Positions 9,854 through 19,763 are shown, numbered from the stretch's first letter. The stretch: 64,000 nucleotides of DNA from an uncultured Gemmatimonadales bacterium (GCA_963783385.1 CAWANJ010000009.1:416001-480000); one strand, 5' to 3'. The notes: a model not told the origin generated them from the letters alone. Numbers and translations are program-made.

Positions 9854-10612
9854 TCAGCGAAGAAATTCACGCACATACTCGTCATCCGAGGCACGCATGG
9901 CCTCCGGTGTTCCGATGAACACGATGCGCCCCTCGTGAAGGAGAGCACTCCGATCGGAGATCGTGAACGCCGAGCGGATGTCGTGCGTGACGAAGACCGC
10001 GCTCACGTTCATCTCCCGTCTCAGCTTCAGGATCAACTCGTTGATCGTCCGGGTCGTGATCGGATCGAGTCCCGTGGTCGGTTCGTCGAACAGCAGCAGT
10101 TCCGGCTCGTGGGCGATGGCGCGCGCGATGGCCACCCGCTTCTTCATGCCCCCGCTCAGCTGCGCGGGCAGGAGCTCTCCCACCTCGTCCGGGTCCAGAT
10201 CCACGAACGTCAGGACCTCGCGGACCCGCTCCCGGATGGCCTCCTCGGAGAGCTCGGTGTGCTCCTCGAGCGGGAAGGCCACGTTATCGTACACGGGAAG
10301 GGAGTCGAAGAGCGCCGACGCCTGGAACACCATGCCCATGCGCCGCCGAAGCGACAGCACCTCATCGAGAGGGGCCTCCGTCACGTCCACGCCCCGCACC
10401 AGGACGCGCCCCGACTTGGGCAGGGTCAGGCGCAGGATGAGTCGGAGGATGGTGGACTTCCCGGCGCCCGAACCGCCCAGGATGCTGAACGCCTCGCCCG
10501 CCTGGAGCACGAACCCGACCCCATCGAGCACGATCTTCTCCCCATAGGCGAGCGTGACGTCGGTCAGCTCCACCTCCGGCGCTCCAGCGTCCGGCGGCTG
10601 CGCGGGAGTCAC
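9854..10612 (-). CDS. mlaF: MlaF-type ABC ATP-binding protein
   Basis: Walker A GGSGAGKS, signature LSGGMKKR, FDEPTTGLDP; lies between mlaE and mlaD. Confidence 0.9.
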   Translation of the reverse strand: MTPAQPPDAGAPEVELTDVTLAYGEKIVLDGVGFVLQAGEAFSILGGSGAGKSTILRLILRLTLPKSGRVLVRGVDVTEAPLDEVLSLRRRMGMVFQASALFDSLPVYDNVAFPLEEHTELSEEAIRERVREVLTFVDLDPDEVGELLPAQLSGGMKKRVAIARAIAHEPELLLFDEPTTGLDPITTRTINELILKLRREMNVSAVFVTHDIRSAFTISDRSALLHEGRIVFIGTPEAMRASDDEYVREFLR

Positions 10613-11439
10613 TTGATCAGCGCGGCGATGATGAGCTGGGTCAGGATGTAGTCCACCGCCAGGACGAGCACCGAGGCCGTCACCACGGTGCGCGTCGTCG
10701 CCCGGCCCACGCCCTCGGTGCCACCCGAAGTGCGCAGCCCGAAGTAGCAGCCGGTGAGTGCCATGATGCCTCCGAACACCAGCGGCTTGACCAGCCCCCC
10801 GAACAGGTCCACCGGGATGAAGCGGAACAGGAAACCGTTCTCGGCGAGCGTGAGGTACACCGAGCGGAAGTAGAGTTCCGCGGTCAGGTGGAGCTTGGCG
10901 AGCGCGATGATGGCGCCGCCCAGGATGGCCACCACATCCGTCACCAGTGTCAGGACCGGCATCATGACGATGCCGGCCAGCAGCCGGGGCACGACGAGCT
11001 TGCGCACGGGATCCACGCCCATCGTGGTCAGGGCGTCGATCTGCTCGGTCACCCGCATGGCTCCCAGCTGCGCGGCCATGCCCGATCCGGCCCTGCCCGT
11101 CACCATGAGGGCCGTGAGGACCGGTCCCAGCTCGCGGATCGTGCTCGCGCCGACCAGGCGGCCGATGTAGATGGTCGCCCCGAACTGCCGCATCTCGACG
11201 GCGGATTGGAGCGCCAGCACCATGCCGGTGAACAGTCCCGTCAGCACCACGATCCCCACCGACGAAACGCCGATCGTGTCCATCTGCTGGACCAGGTCCC
11301 GCAGGTAGAAGGGTCGGCTGACCGCCCCACGAGCGGCGTGGGCGAGGAGCACGAAGTACTCCTGCGTCCGCAGTGCCCACCCCTTGAGAAGGTCGTCGAT
11401 CCAGCGGCCGACGCGCCGTGGACCGGAGCTGGATTCCAT
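10609..11439 (-). CDS. mlaE: MlaE-type ABC permease
   Basis: IRELGPVLTALMVTGRAGS, EQIDAL, GGTEGVGRATT. Confidence 0.92.
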   Translation of the reverse strand: MESSSGPRRVGRWIDDLLKGWALRTQEYFVLLAHAARGAVSRPFYLRDLVQQMDTIGVSSVGIVVLTGLFTGMVLALQSAVEMRQFGATIYIGRLVGASTIRELGPVLTALMVTGRAGSGMAAQLGAMRVTEQIDALTTMGVDPVRKLVVPRLLAGIVMMPVLTLVTDVVAILGGAIIALAKLHLTAELYFRSVYLTLAENGFLFRFIPVDLFGGLVKPLVFGGIMALTGCYFGLRTSGGTEGVGRATTRTVVTASVLVLAVDYILTQLIIAALIK

Positions 11440-11451
11440 GGAGAGGTTCCT

Positions 11452-11481
11452 TTGACACTCCGGAGAGATCGTCCGTATGTT
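11452..11481 (+). promoter_or_regulatory. Putative sigma70 promoter for hldA-ridA-selC
   Basis: TTGACA (11452), 18-bp spacer, TATGTT (11476). Confidence 0.5.
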
Positions 11482-11579
11482 CGCCGCCGGTCGCGGCCGT
11501 GAGATCCCGTTGGGCCCGGACCGCGCCGGAGGTTACGCCTCGTCATCGGGCCACGCAAGCTGAAAGCCCTACGGACCAC

Positions 11580-12617
11580 GTGGACGATCCCTCTCCGACC
11601 TTCGATCCTTCACTCGCCGCTCGCTGGCTGGGGCGCGCCGCCAATGCGCGCGTCCTCGTGGTCGGCGACGTCATGCTGGATCGCTACCTCACGGGCGCGG
11701 TGGACCGCATCTCTCCCGAAGCTCCGGTGCCGGTCCTCCGGGTCGAGGGGGAGCACGCCGCGCCGGGCGGCGCCGCGAACGTGGCGGCCGGCATCGCGGC
11801 CCTGGGCGCATCGTGCGATCTCGTCTCCGTGGTGGGGGCGGACGTCGACGCGGAGGAGCTGACGACGCTCCTTGGCCGATCGGCGGGCGTGCGGCTGGAT
11901 CTCCTCCAGGATCCGGAACGCCCGACCACGGTGAAGACGAGGGTGCTGGCCCGTCACCAGCAGATGCTACGCGTCGACCGGGAGTCGACCGGCCCTCTCC
12001 CGGAATCGGTTCGCGAACGCGTGAAGCGACGCGTGCTCGACCGGCTGGAGGAGGCGTCCGCCGTGGCCCTGGTGGACTACGACAAGGGTGTGCTCGGATC
12101 GGACTGGGTCGCCGAGATTCTCGACGCCGCCAGCCGACGGGGCGTTCCGGCGGTCGTGGACCCCAAGCTCCGGAACTTCTTCTCGTTCCGTGGGGCGTTC
12201 CTGTTCAAGCCCAACGGGCGTGAGCTGGCCGCGGCCATCGGGGCCGAGCGGCCGCCGCAGACCCGGGCGGAGCTCGCGGCCGTGCGCGACCGGCTCCGGT
12301 GCCGGCACCTCCTGGTGACCCTGGGCGAGCACGGCATGGCGCTGCTGGCCGAAGGTGAGGAGACGCTCCGGCATATCCCGTCCAGGGCCCGAGAGGTGTA
12401 CGATGTGTCGGGAGCGGGGGACACCGTGACGGCGGTCCTCGCGGCCCTGCTCGCGGCGGGGGCGGACGTGGGCGAGGCGGCGGTCCTGGCCAACGTCGCG
12501 GCGGGTGTCGAGGTGTCGCACCTCGGCGCCGTTCCCGTTCGCGGGGAGGAGCTCCTCGCGGCGCTGGAGGAAGCCCACGAGACCCCGGAGAGGTCTCGAG
12601 GGTCTCCGGGCAGGTGA
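11580..12617 (+). CDS. hldA: D-glycero-beta-D-manno-heptose-7-phosphate kinase (stand-alone HldE kinase domain)
   Basis: VVGDVMLDRYL..RISPEAPVPV, GGAANVA, DYDKG, VYDVSGAGDTV. Confidence 0.9.
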   Translation: MDDPSPTFDPSLAARWLGRAANARVLVVGDVMLDRYLTGAVDRISPEAPVPVLRVEGEHAAPGGAANVAAGIAALGASCDLVSVVGADVDAEELTTLLGRSAGVRLDLLQDPERPTTVKTRVLARHQQMLRVDRESTGPLPESVRERVKRRVLDRLEEASAVALVDYDKGVLGSDWVAEILDAASRRGVPAVVDPKLRNFFSFRGAFLFKPNGRELAAAIGAERPPQTRAELAAVRDRLRCRHLLVTLGEHGMALLAEGEETLRHIPSRAREVYDVSGAGDTVTAVLAALLAAGADVGEAAVLANVAAGVEVSHLGAVPVRGEELLAALEEAHETPERSRGSPGR

Positions 12618-12664
12618 GCGATGCGACGCAGCACCGGGTATGTCACGACAGCAAGGGAGCCACG

Positions 12665-13057
12665 ATGAGCGACGCGCGTGAAGCGATCCACACCGGCCGG
12701 GCCCCGGAGGCGATCGGCCCATACTCGCAGGCCGTACGCGCGGGCCCGTGGCTGTTCACGGCCGGACAGATCGGCCTCGATCCGGCCACGGGCGAGTTCG
12801 CCGGCACGGACGTCGACAGCCAGGCGCGGCAGGCCATGCAGAACCTCCAGGCGGTGGTCGAGGAAGCTGGAGGGTCCATGGACCACGTGGTGAAGACGAC
12901 GATCTTCCTGGCCGACATGGGAGACTTCGCGGCCGTGAACGAGATCTACGGCTCCTACTTCCGGCCTCCCTATCCGGCCCGCTCCACGGTGGCGGCCGCG
13001 CAGCTGCCGAAGGGAGCGCGGGTCGAGATCGAGGTCGTGGCCCGCATCGGAGGCTGA
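12665..13057 (+). CDS. ridA: RidA family enamine/imine deaminase
   Basis: APEAIGPYSQAV, AGQIGLDP, PARSTV..LPKGARVEIE. Confidence 0.92.
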   Translation: MSDAREAIHTGRAPEAIGPYSQAVRAGPWLFTAGQIGLDPATGEFAGTDVDSQARQAMQNLQAVVEEAGGSMDHVVKTTIFLADMGDFAAVNEIYGSYFRPPYPARSTVAAAQLPKGARVEIEVVARIGG

Positions 13058-13085
13058 GGCACCGCTTCGGCGGGCCGATCGGTAT

Positions 13086-13181
13086 GGGAGCGGATGGTGA
13101 CTGGTGTCGCCTGCGGTCTTCAAAACCGTCAGAGGGCGTGAGAGCGTCCCCGGTGGGTTCGATTCCCACACGTTCCCGCCA
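13086..13181 (+). tRNA. selC: tRNA-Sec (anticodon UCA)
   Basis: 96 nt; anticodon arm CGGT-CT-TCA-AA-ACCG, long variable arm, T-arm GTGGGTTCGATTCCCAC, encoded CCA. Confidence 0.95.
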
Positions 13182-13242
13182 TCCCGGCCGCGCCCGGACC
13201 GGCTCGCCGGCTCCGGGCGCCGGCCCCCCTCCGGGTCGGAAG

Positions 13243-13788
13243 GTGGGCGCCATCCTCGGGCTCGTGGCGGCCCTCCTCGTGTCGGCCGCTCCCGGAACGG
13301 CGTTCGCCCAGCAGCCCGACTCGGCTTCCGGGGCGACCCGGCAGCTGGCGCCCGACACGACGCTCCGCCTCCCGGCCGACACGGCCCGGGCCGACAGCGC
13401 GGGCCGGCGGAGTATTCCGCCGCTGGGCGCCCTGGCGCGGTCGCTGGTGGTCCCGGGTTGGGGCCAGGCGTCGGTCGGCCGTCCGGTGCGCGGCGCCTTC
13501 TACTTCGCGGCCCAGGCCGGCAGCCTGTTCATGGTCATCAAGTCGCAGCAGAAGCTCGAGGCGGCCCGACGGGCCGTGGCCGCCGGACGCGCGGATTCCT
13601 CGCTGGTGGAGAGCCGGGTGTCGCAGCGTGAGGACTGGATCGTCCTGTCCGTGTTCTGGGCGGTCCTGAGCGGCGTCGATGCCTGGGTGTCCGCCAACCT
13701 GTCGGACTTCCAGCATCCCCTCACGCCACCTCCGGATGGCTCTCCCGGGGCGGCCCTCCAGATCCGCGTGCCCGTGGGAGGGCCGTGA
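13243..13788 (+). CDS. Exported/membrane hypothetical protein (DUF5683-like)
   Basis: Signal peptide, ALARSLVVPGWGQ, and C-terminal VDAWVSANLSDF. Confidence 0.65.
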   Translation: MGAILGLVAALLVSAAPGTAFAQQPDSASGATRQLAPDTTLRLPADTARADSAGRRSIPPLGALARSLVVPGWGQASVGRPVRGAFYFAAQAGSLFMVIKSQQKLEAARRAVAAGRADSSLVESRVSQREDWIVLSVFWAVLSGVDAWVSANLSDFQHPLTPPPDGSPGAALQIRVPVGGP

Positions 13789-14642
13789 AGGAGTCCGGGA
13801 GGGAGAGCGCTCCGATCGGTGTGTTCGACTCCGGCATCGGCGGACTCACGGTTCTGCGGGCCCTGCGCCGGAGGCTGCCCGCCGAGGACACGGTGTACCT
13901 GGGCGACACCGCACGCGTGCCCTACGGGCCCAAGTCGCCGGAGACGGTGCGGCGCTATGCGGCGGAGGCGGCCGAGTTCCTCCTCGGCCAGGGGATCAAG
14001 CTGCTCGTGGTGGCCTGCAACACGGCCACGGCCCGGGCGCTCCCCGAGCTGTCCGAATCGCTCCCCGTTCCGGTGATCGGGGTGGTGGAGCCGGGCGCGC
14101 GCGAGGCCGCCCGCCGATCGAGTTCGGGGCGCATCGGGGTCATCGGCACGCAGGGCACGGTCGACAGCGGCGCCTACGAGGCGGCGATCCTGGCCCTGCG
14201 ACCCGAGGCGGTCGTGGAGGGCCTGGCGTGCCCGCTGTTCGTCTCCCTCGTGGAGGAGGGATGGACGGAGGGCGAGGTGGCGCGGCTCACCGTGGAACGC
14301 TACCTGAGGCCGCTTCTCGATCGGGGCATCGACACCCTCGTCCTCGGCTGCACGCACTATCCTCTGCTGCGTCCGCTGCTTCAGGAGGTGGCCGGGCCGG
14401 CCGTGACGCTGGTCGATTCGGCCGAGGCGACGGCGGACGCCGTGCAGCGGGAGCTGGAGGGGCGGGGCCTGGCGACCCCGGTGGCGGCGGGGCGGGGGAC
14501 GGCCCGCTATTTCGTCACCGACGACGCCGGCCGATTCCGGCGGCTGGCCGCTCGCTGGCTCGATGAGAAGCCCGAGTCGCTCGAGACGGTCGAACTGGCT
14601 CGGGCCGCGGGCGGCCGGCGGCCCGGAGCCTCTCGGCGCTAG
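13785..14642 (+). CDS. murI: Glutamate racemase
   Basis: IGVFDSGIGGLTV, VVACNTA, LGCTHYP. Confidence 0.97.
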   Translation: MKESGRESAPIGVFDSGIGGLTVLRALRRRLPAEDTVYLGDTARVPYGPKSPETVRRYAAEAAEFLLGQGIKLLVVACNTATARALPELSESLPVPVIGVVEPGAREAARRSSSGRIGVIGTQGTVDSGAYEAAILALRPEAVVEGLACPLFVSLVEEGWTEGEVARLTVERYLRPLLDRGIDTLVLGCTHYPLLRPLLQEVAGPAVTLVDSAEATADAVQRELEGRGLATPVAAGRGTARYFVTDDAGRFRRLAARWLDEKPESLETVELARAAGGRRPGASRR

Positions 14643-15379
14643 GCGTCCGCCTTCCAGCGCTTCAGCTCGACGGCCTCCGGCCGGACCTCACCGTACGTGA
14701 AATGACGGATCCAGTCTCCCGCGTTGAGGTAGTACCGACCGGTCTCGACTTCCGTCAGCTGGGGCCGATGGGTGTGTCCGAACACGACCAGGTCCAGGGA
14801 TGCGTCCCGTTCGAGGAGGTGGTGTGCGTGCTCGGCGAGACGATCCGCCCGGCGCTCTTCGTGCGGCCGGAGTGGACTCGGTCCCTCCGGCGTCCGGCTG
14901 GCTCCGCGGGCCAGCCAGTGGCCGAGGTCGGGATGGATCCACCGGAACGCCTGGCGGGCCGCCCGGCTCCGGGTCACGGCCTTGAGGAGTCGGTATCCCC
15001 AGTCGCCTCCCGCCAGCCCGTCGCCGTGCGCCAGATAGGTCCGGCGACCCCCGATCTCGGTGATCAGTGGACCGTCGATCAGCTCGATCCCGAGCGTGTC
15101 GGCCAGGAAGGCGCCGCCCCACGCATCGTGGTTTCCGCCCACCCACCGCACTCGCACGCCGGCGTCTCGCAGGGCCGCGAGCCTTCGCAGGGCCGGGAAG
15201 TTCCGGCTGGGGATCACGCTGTGGTACTCGAACCAGAAATCGAACACGTCGCCCGCCAGGACCAGGTCGTCGGTCAGGTCGGGCACGGCGTCGAGGAAAT
15301 CCAGGAACGCGTGCTCGGCCCGCGGGGAGGTGGCACCCAAATGGGCGTCGGAGGCGATGAGAGCGGGAGGTGCGGGCAT
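14639..15379 (-). CDS. lpxH: UDP-2,3-diacylglucosamine diphosphatase
   Basis: SDAHLG, GDVFDFWFEY, GNHD, HGD, FGHTH metallophosphoesterase motifs. Confidence 0.88.
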   Translation of the reverse strand: MPAPPALIASDAHLGATSPRAEHAFLDFLDAVPDLTDDLVLAGDVFDFWFEYHSVIPSRNFPALRRLAALRDAGVRVRWVGGNHDAWGGAFLADTLGIELIDGPLITEIGGRRTYLAHGDGLAGGDWGYRLLKAVTRSRAARQAFRWIHPDLGHWLARGASRTPEGPSPLRPHEERRADRLAEHAHHLLERDASLDLVVFGHTHRPQLTEVETGRYYLNAGDWIRHFTYGEVRPEAVELKRWKADA

Positions 15380-15385
15380 GGGCCG

Positions 15386-15468
15386 AAGATAGGCGGGAAG
15401 CGCCCCCCGTCAACGCGCCGAGGCGGGCGTCGCCGTCGTTTGACACCGCCCGGGACCGCCGGTAACCT
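15386..15468. promoter_or_regulatory. Back-to-back sigma70 promoters (lpxH and thioesterase operon)
   Basis: Minus strand: TTGACG-16-TATCTT, 6 nt before the lpxH ATG. Plus strand: TTGACA (15440)-17-TAACCT (15463). Confidence 0.6.
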
Positions 15469-15549
15469 CGGGCGATTCCCGTCGCGACGCCCGGATCGAT
15501 CGCGCTCCCCGGCGGTCGACCGCGGGCCGCTCTCGCACCGCGTGGAGAT

Positions 15550-15987
15550 ATGAGCACGAGCACGATTCGGCTCCGGGTCCGCTACGGCGAGACGGACCAG
15601 ATGGGCCGGGCCCACCACAGTCACTACCTCCTGTGGTGCGAGGAGGGACGGACCCACTGGCTCCGGGAGCGGGGAGCCTCGTACGCCGAGCTCGAAGCCG
15701 AGGGGGTCCTCCTCCCCGTGTCACGCGTCGCCGTCACCTACCGCGAAGCCGCCGGGTACGAAGAGGAGATCGAGGTCGTCACCCGCGTCGAGGAGGTCCG
15801 GAGCCGCTCCGTGACGTTCGACTATCGCGTGCGGCGGGCCTCGGATGGCGCGACGCTGGCCGAGGCCCGGACGGAGCTGGTGTGCATGGACAGGAGCGGC
15901 CAGGTGCGGCGGCTCCCCGAATCGTTGAGGGGGTTGCTGTCGGAGGCGGCCGTGGAGGGGCGAACCGGATCGGGGGACGGAGGGTGA
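15550..15987 (+). CDS. Acyl-CoA thioesterase (YbgC/4HBT family)
   Basis: RVRYGETDQMGRAHHSHYLLWCEEGR hot-dog motif. Confidence 0.9.
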   Translation: MSTSTIRLRVRYGETDQMGRAHHSHYLLWCEEGRTHWLRERGASYAELEAEGVLLPVSRVAVTYREAAGYEEEIEVVTRVEEVRSRSVTFDYRVRRASDGATLAEARTELVCMDRSGQVRRLPESLRGLLSEAAVEGRTGSGDGG

Positions 15988-16703
15988 TGGGGCGCCGAGC
16001 GCCCGGGGGCCGGGACGGCAGGCGTCTCGTCCGCACGGGATCCGTGGGCTGGCTGATGCTGCTGGTCGCCGGCTGTGCCGCACGTGCGGCCTCGGGACCT
16101 CCGCTCGAGGATCCGGCGAGCGCGGCGCACGACCTGGCCGTGGCCTCCGTGCCTTCGCGGCCCGCCCGCCTGAGCTTCCACTGGGAGTACTCGGACCGTC
16201 GCGGTCCCACGCGAGGTGAGGGCGTGGGCCGCTACAACCCGCCCGACAGCCTCCGGCTGGACCTGTTCGGCGTGGGGGACGCCAGCATGGCGGTGGCGCT
16301 GGCCGGGGATGGGCTCCGGAGCCTCGGGACGCTCGAGAACGTGCAGTTGCCTCCGGCGGCCTTCCTGTACGCTACGGCGGGGCTGTTCGTCCCCCCGGCC
16401 TCCGCGCCCGCCCGCGGCTTCCGGACCGAGCAGGGCGAAGTCCTGGTATACGATGTTCCAAATGGGATCGAGCGTCGATATGTTGTGCGCGGCGATCGGC
16501 TGGTGCGGGTCGAGGACGTGCGCGACGGGCGCACCCTGAGGCGCCTCGAGATCTCCTGGCCGGCCGGGCCCGCCCGGTGGCCTTCGGGCGCCGAGTACAA
16601 GGACCTGGTCACGCCGAGCCGAGCCCGGTGGAGCCTGGACGAAGTGATGAGCAGCGATGAGCGGTACCCTGCGGACATCTTCGATCTTCCGGTCCGCGGC
16701 TAG
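15984..16703 (+). CDS. Hypothetical lipoprotein
   Basis: Lipobox LLVAGC; beta-rich body (PPDSLRLDLFG); coupled to its neighbours. Confidence 0.7.
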   Translation: MMGRRAPGGRDGRRLVRTGSVGWLMLLVAGCAARAASGPPLEDPASAAHDLAVASVPSRPARLSFHWEYSDRRGPTRGEGVGRYNPPDSLRLDLFGVGDASMAVALAGDGLRSLGTLENVQLPPAAFLYATAGLFVPPASAPARGFRTEQGEVLVYDVPNGIERRYVVRGDRLVRVEDVRDGRTLRRLEISWPAGPARWPSGAEYKDLVTPSRARWSLDEVMSSDERYPADIFDLPVRG

Positions 16704-17180
16704 CCTGCTGCTGGCCGCCCTGGCCGCGGGCTGTCTGTACGGGTTCTCCGGCGGCGGGGGCCTGCCGTCGGACATTCACAGCATTACGTGCCGCCGGTCG
16801 ATAACAGCACGTCGCGATTCGAGCTCACGCAGCAGCTCACCCAGGGGCTGATGGATGCGGTCCGGGGTCGGCTGGGTGCGCAGCCGGGATCGCAGGACAA
16901 CGCGGACGCCATCATTCGTACGAACATCACGAACTACTCGGACCAGGCGGTGAGCCTTCAGGGCCGGCAGAGCGTGGGGGCCAAGGTGTTTCAGCGCAGA
17001 GTCACGATCAGCGCGTCGGTGCAGATCGTCGACCTTCACAAGAACCGGACGATCTGGAGCTCCACGGTGAGCGGGACCGGCGAGTACGCGCCGGACCAGG
17101 AGTCCGATCAGCAGGCCATCAAGCTGGCTCTCGACAACCTGATCCAGAAGGTCGTCGATGGTGCTCAGTCTCAGTGGTGA
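16657..17180 (+). CDS. lptE: LPS assembly lipoprotein LptE, split by a 1-bp deletion at about 16784
   Basis: Lipobox LAAGC-LYGFSGGGGLPSDIHSI. Adding one base continues into YVPPVDNSTSRFELTQQLT..ADAIIRTNITNY (ORF 16788-17180). Confidence 0.75.
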
Positions 17181-17274
17181 TCGTGACCGTCGGCTGGCGA
17201 CGCTGGATTCTGACGCGGATGGAGGAGCCTGAGGCGATGAACATGGCAGATGGAATGAAGGCGGAGGGGGCTCG

Positions 17275-17733
17275 ATGAGCGTGGCGGACATTACGCGGCG
17301 TGATCCCGTCACGCTGGGGCCCGCCGACACGGTGGAGCGCGCGGCGGAGCTGCTGGTCCAGGAGCGGGCGCTGGCCCTGCCGGTGGTGGAGGTCTCGGGG
17401 AAGCTGGTGGGAACGTTCGGGGTCGACGGCCTGGCCAAACTGCTGCTGCCGCGGGCGGTGACGCTCGACGTGGGTCTCGAGGAGCTCACGGACCTGGACT
17501 TCGTGGCCGACAGCCTCGAGGAGCTTCGTGAGCGCATGGGCCGCGTGTGCGAACAGCCCGTGAAAAAGTACATGGACACGGAGACGCGGCGGCCTCTGGA
17601 CCCCGACTCATCGTTCACCGAGGCGCTGTTCCTCTTGCACCGGCTGGGCGAAGACCTTCCGGTGGTGGATCCGTCGACGGGGAAGCTGGTGGGGATGGTC
17701 TCGCCGTGGGACGTGCTGTCCAGGCTCGGCTGA
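17275..17733 (+). CDS. CBS-domain protein, copy 1
   Basis: Two CBS repeats (ALPVVE..GKLVG; LPVVD..GKLVGMVS). Confidence 0.9.
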   Translation: MSVADITRRDPVTLGPADTVERAAELLVQERALALPVVEVSGKLVGTFGVDGLAKLLLPRAVTLDVGLEELTDLDFVADSLEELRERMGRVCEQPVKKYMDTETRRPLDPDSSFTEALFLLHRLGEDLPVVDPSTGKLVGMVSPWDVLSRLG

Positions 17734-17746
17734 GGGGAGAGCGGGG

Positions 17747-19093
17747 ATGCAGGAAGGGATGACGGGCGCGGGGCACGTGCTGTTCGGCTGGAACGCGCTG
17801 GTGGTAGCGACGATCCTTTTCGGGCTCACCTACGTGGTGATCATGTCCGAGAAGATCAACCGGGCCATCGCGGCGCTGCTGGGCGGCGGGCTCATGATCC
17901 TCGCGGGCGTGCTCACGCAGGAAGCGGCGGTGCGGGGGGTGGACTTCAACGTGCTGGGGCTTCTGACGGGGATGATGGTGCTGGTGGCCATCACCCGGAA
18001 GACGGGCGTGTTCCAGTTCGTGGCCATCTGGTCGGCCAAGAAGGTGAACGCGCGGCCCATGGGCATCCTGCTCATGCTGTCCGTGGTCACGGCCGTGTTC
18101 TCGGCCTTCCTGGACAACGTGACCACAGTGCTGCTCATCGTGCCGGTCACCCTCCTCATCTCGGAGGAGCTGCAGATCGACCCGTATCCGATCCTGGCGG
18201 CGGAGATCTTCTCGTCGAACATCGGAGGCACGGCCACCCTGATCGGCGACCCCCCCAACATCATGATCGGCTCGGCCGCGGGCCTGTCGTTCAACGCGTT
18301 CGTGACCAACATCGCTCCCATCATCCCCCTCATCTTCCTCCTCACGGTGCTTCCTATCGCGTTCCTGTGGAGGAAGCGGCTGGTGACGACCGAGGAGCAC
18401 CGGCAGCGCGTGCTGGAGTTCCGCGAGCGCGAGGCGATCACCAACCCCCGCCTGCTCAAGCGCTGCCTGTTCGTGCTGGTGCTCGTGTTGCTGGGCTTCG
18501 TGTTCGACCGGGCACTGCACCTGGAGCCGGCCACGGTGGCGATGTTCGGGGCGGCGCTCCTCCTGCTGCTGGCCAACGTGGGCAAGGAGGCCGAGGAGCA
18601 GTCGAAGGCGGTGCACGAGGCGTTCGCCGAGGCCGAGTGGGTGACCCTGTTCTTCTTCGTCGGCCTGTTCATCGTCGTCGCCGGGGTCGAGAAGGCGGGG
18701 CTCCTGGACATGCTGGCCAGGGGCGTCCTGGACGTGACCCGGGGCAGCTTCCACGTGACCGCGTACGCGATCCTGTGGGTGTCGGCCGTGGCCTCGGCCA
18801 TCGTGGACAACATCCCGTTCGTCGCGGCCATGATCCCCGTGATCAAGGACATGGGGCCGGCCATGGGGGGACCCGAGCACCTGCGGACGCTGTGGTGGGC
18901 CCTGTCGCTGGGCGCCTGCCTGGGCGGCAACGGCACCCTGATCGGCGCCAGCGCCAACGTGGTGGTGGCCGGCTTCGCCGAGCGGTCGGGGCGGCCGATC
19001 CGCTTCATTCCCTTCCTGAAGGTCTCGGTCGTGGCCATGCTCACGGAAGTGGCGATCAGCAACGTGTATCTCTACCTGCGGTACCTTCACTGA
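17747..19093 (+). CDS. ArsB/NhaD (IT superfamily) transporter, copy 1
   Basis: [48 protein letters not shown]; many TM helices. Confidence 0.92.
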   Translation: MQEGMTGAGHVLFGWNALVVATILFGLTYVVIMSEKINRAIAALLGGGLMILAGVLTQEAAVRGVDFNVLGLLTGMMVLVAITRKTGVFQFVAIWSAKKVNARPMGILLMLSVVTAVFSAFLDNVTTVLLIVPVTLLISEELQIDPYPILAAEIFSSNIGGTATLIGDPPNIMIGSAAGLSFNAFVTNIAPIIPLIFLLTVLPIAFLWRKRLVTTEEHRQRVLEFREREAITNPRLLKRCLFVLVLVLLGFVFDRALHLEPATVAMFGAALLLLLANVGKEAEEQSKAVHEAFAEAEWVTLFFFVGLFIVVAGVEKAGLLDMLARGVLDVTRGSFHVTAYAILWVSAVASAIVDNIPFVAAMIPVIKDMGPAMGGPEHLRTLWWALSLGACLGGNGTLIGASANVVVAGFAERSGRPIRFIPFLKVSVVAMLTEVAISNVYLYLRYLH

Positions 19094-19151
19094 GGGCGCG
19101 GTAGCGGGCCCCGGAAGGCCGCGGCGGTCGCCCCGCCCGCATTCCCCGCGG

Positions 19152-19180
19152 TTGTGAGGCGGCGGAGTGGCGGCTAGAGT
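19152..19180 (+). promoter_or_regulatory. Putative promoter of the second CBS-transporter copy
   Basis: TTGTGA-17-TAGAGT, about 110 nt upstream of ATG 19292. Confidence 0.45.
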
Positions 19181-19291
19181 CCCTGACGATTCCCACGGAC
19201 GCTCCCCGGGCCGGAGGCGCATCCGCGGGTCGCCCGCGAGCGCCGGGACGCTCCCCCGGGGACGGATCGGCACCCAGAGGAGGGCACGATC

Positions 19292-19750
19292 ATGACCTTC
19301 ACCGAGACCCCGAGCACCGCGCCCGTGACCCTGCGTCCCGAGGACACGGTCGAGCGGGCGGCGGAGCTGCTGATCCGGGAGCGGGTGTTGGCCCTGCCGG
19401 TGGTGGAGGCCTCGGGAGAGTTCGTGGGGGTGTTCGGCCTGCGCCATGTGGCGGCGCTGCTGCTGCCGCGGGCGGTGACGCTCGGCGTCGGCCTGGAGGA
19501 GCTCACGGACCTGGACTTCGTGGCCGACAGCCTCGAGGAGCTTCGTGAGCGCATGGGCCACGTGTGCACCGATCCGGTGGCGGACCACCTTGGCGACGTA
19601 GCGGCCCGCGTCCTCCACCCCGACTCATCGTTCACCGAGGCGCTGTTCCTCTTGCACCGGCTGGGCGAAGACCTTCCGGTGGTGGATCCGTCGACGGGGA
19701 AGCTGGTGGGGATGGTCTCGCCGTGGGACGTGCTGTCCAGGCTCGGCTGA
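19292..19750 (+). CDS. CBS-domain protein, copy 2
   Basis: Paralog of 17275-17733; SD GAGGAGG. Confidence 0.9.
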   Translation: MTFTETPSTAPVTLRPEDTVERAAELLIRERVLALPVVEASGEFVGVFGLRHVAALLLPRAVTLGVGLEELTDLDFVADSLEELRERMGHVCTDPVADHLGDVAARVLHPDSSFTEALFLLHRLGEDLPVVDPSTGKLVGMVSPWDVLSRLG

Positions 19751-19763
19751 GGGGAGAGCGGGG

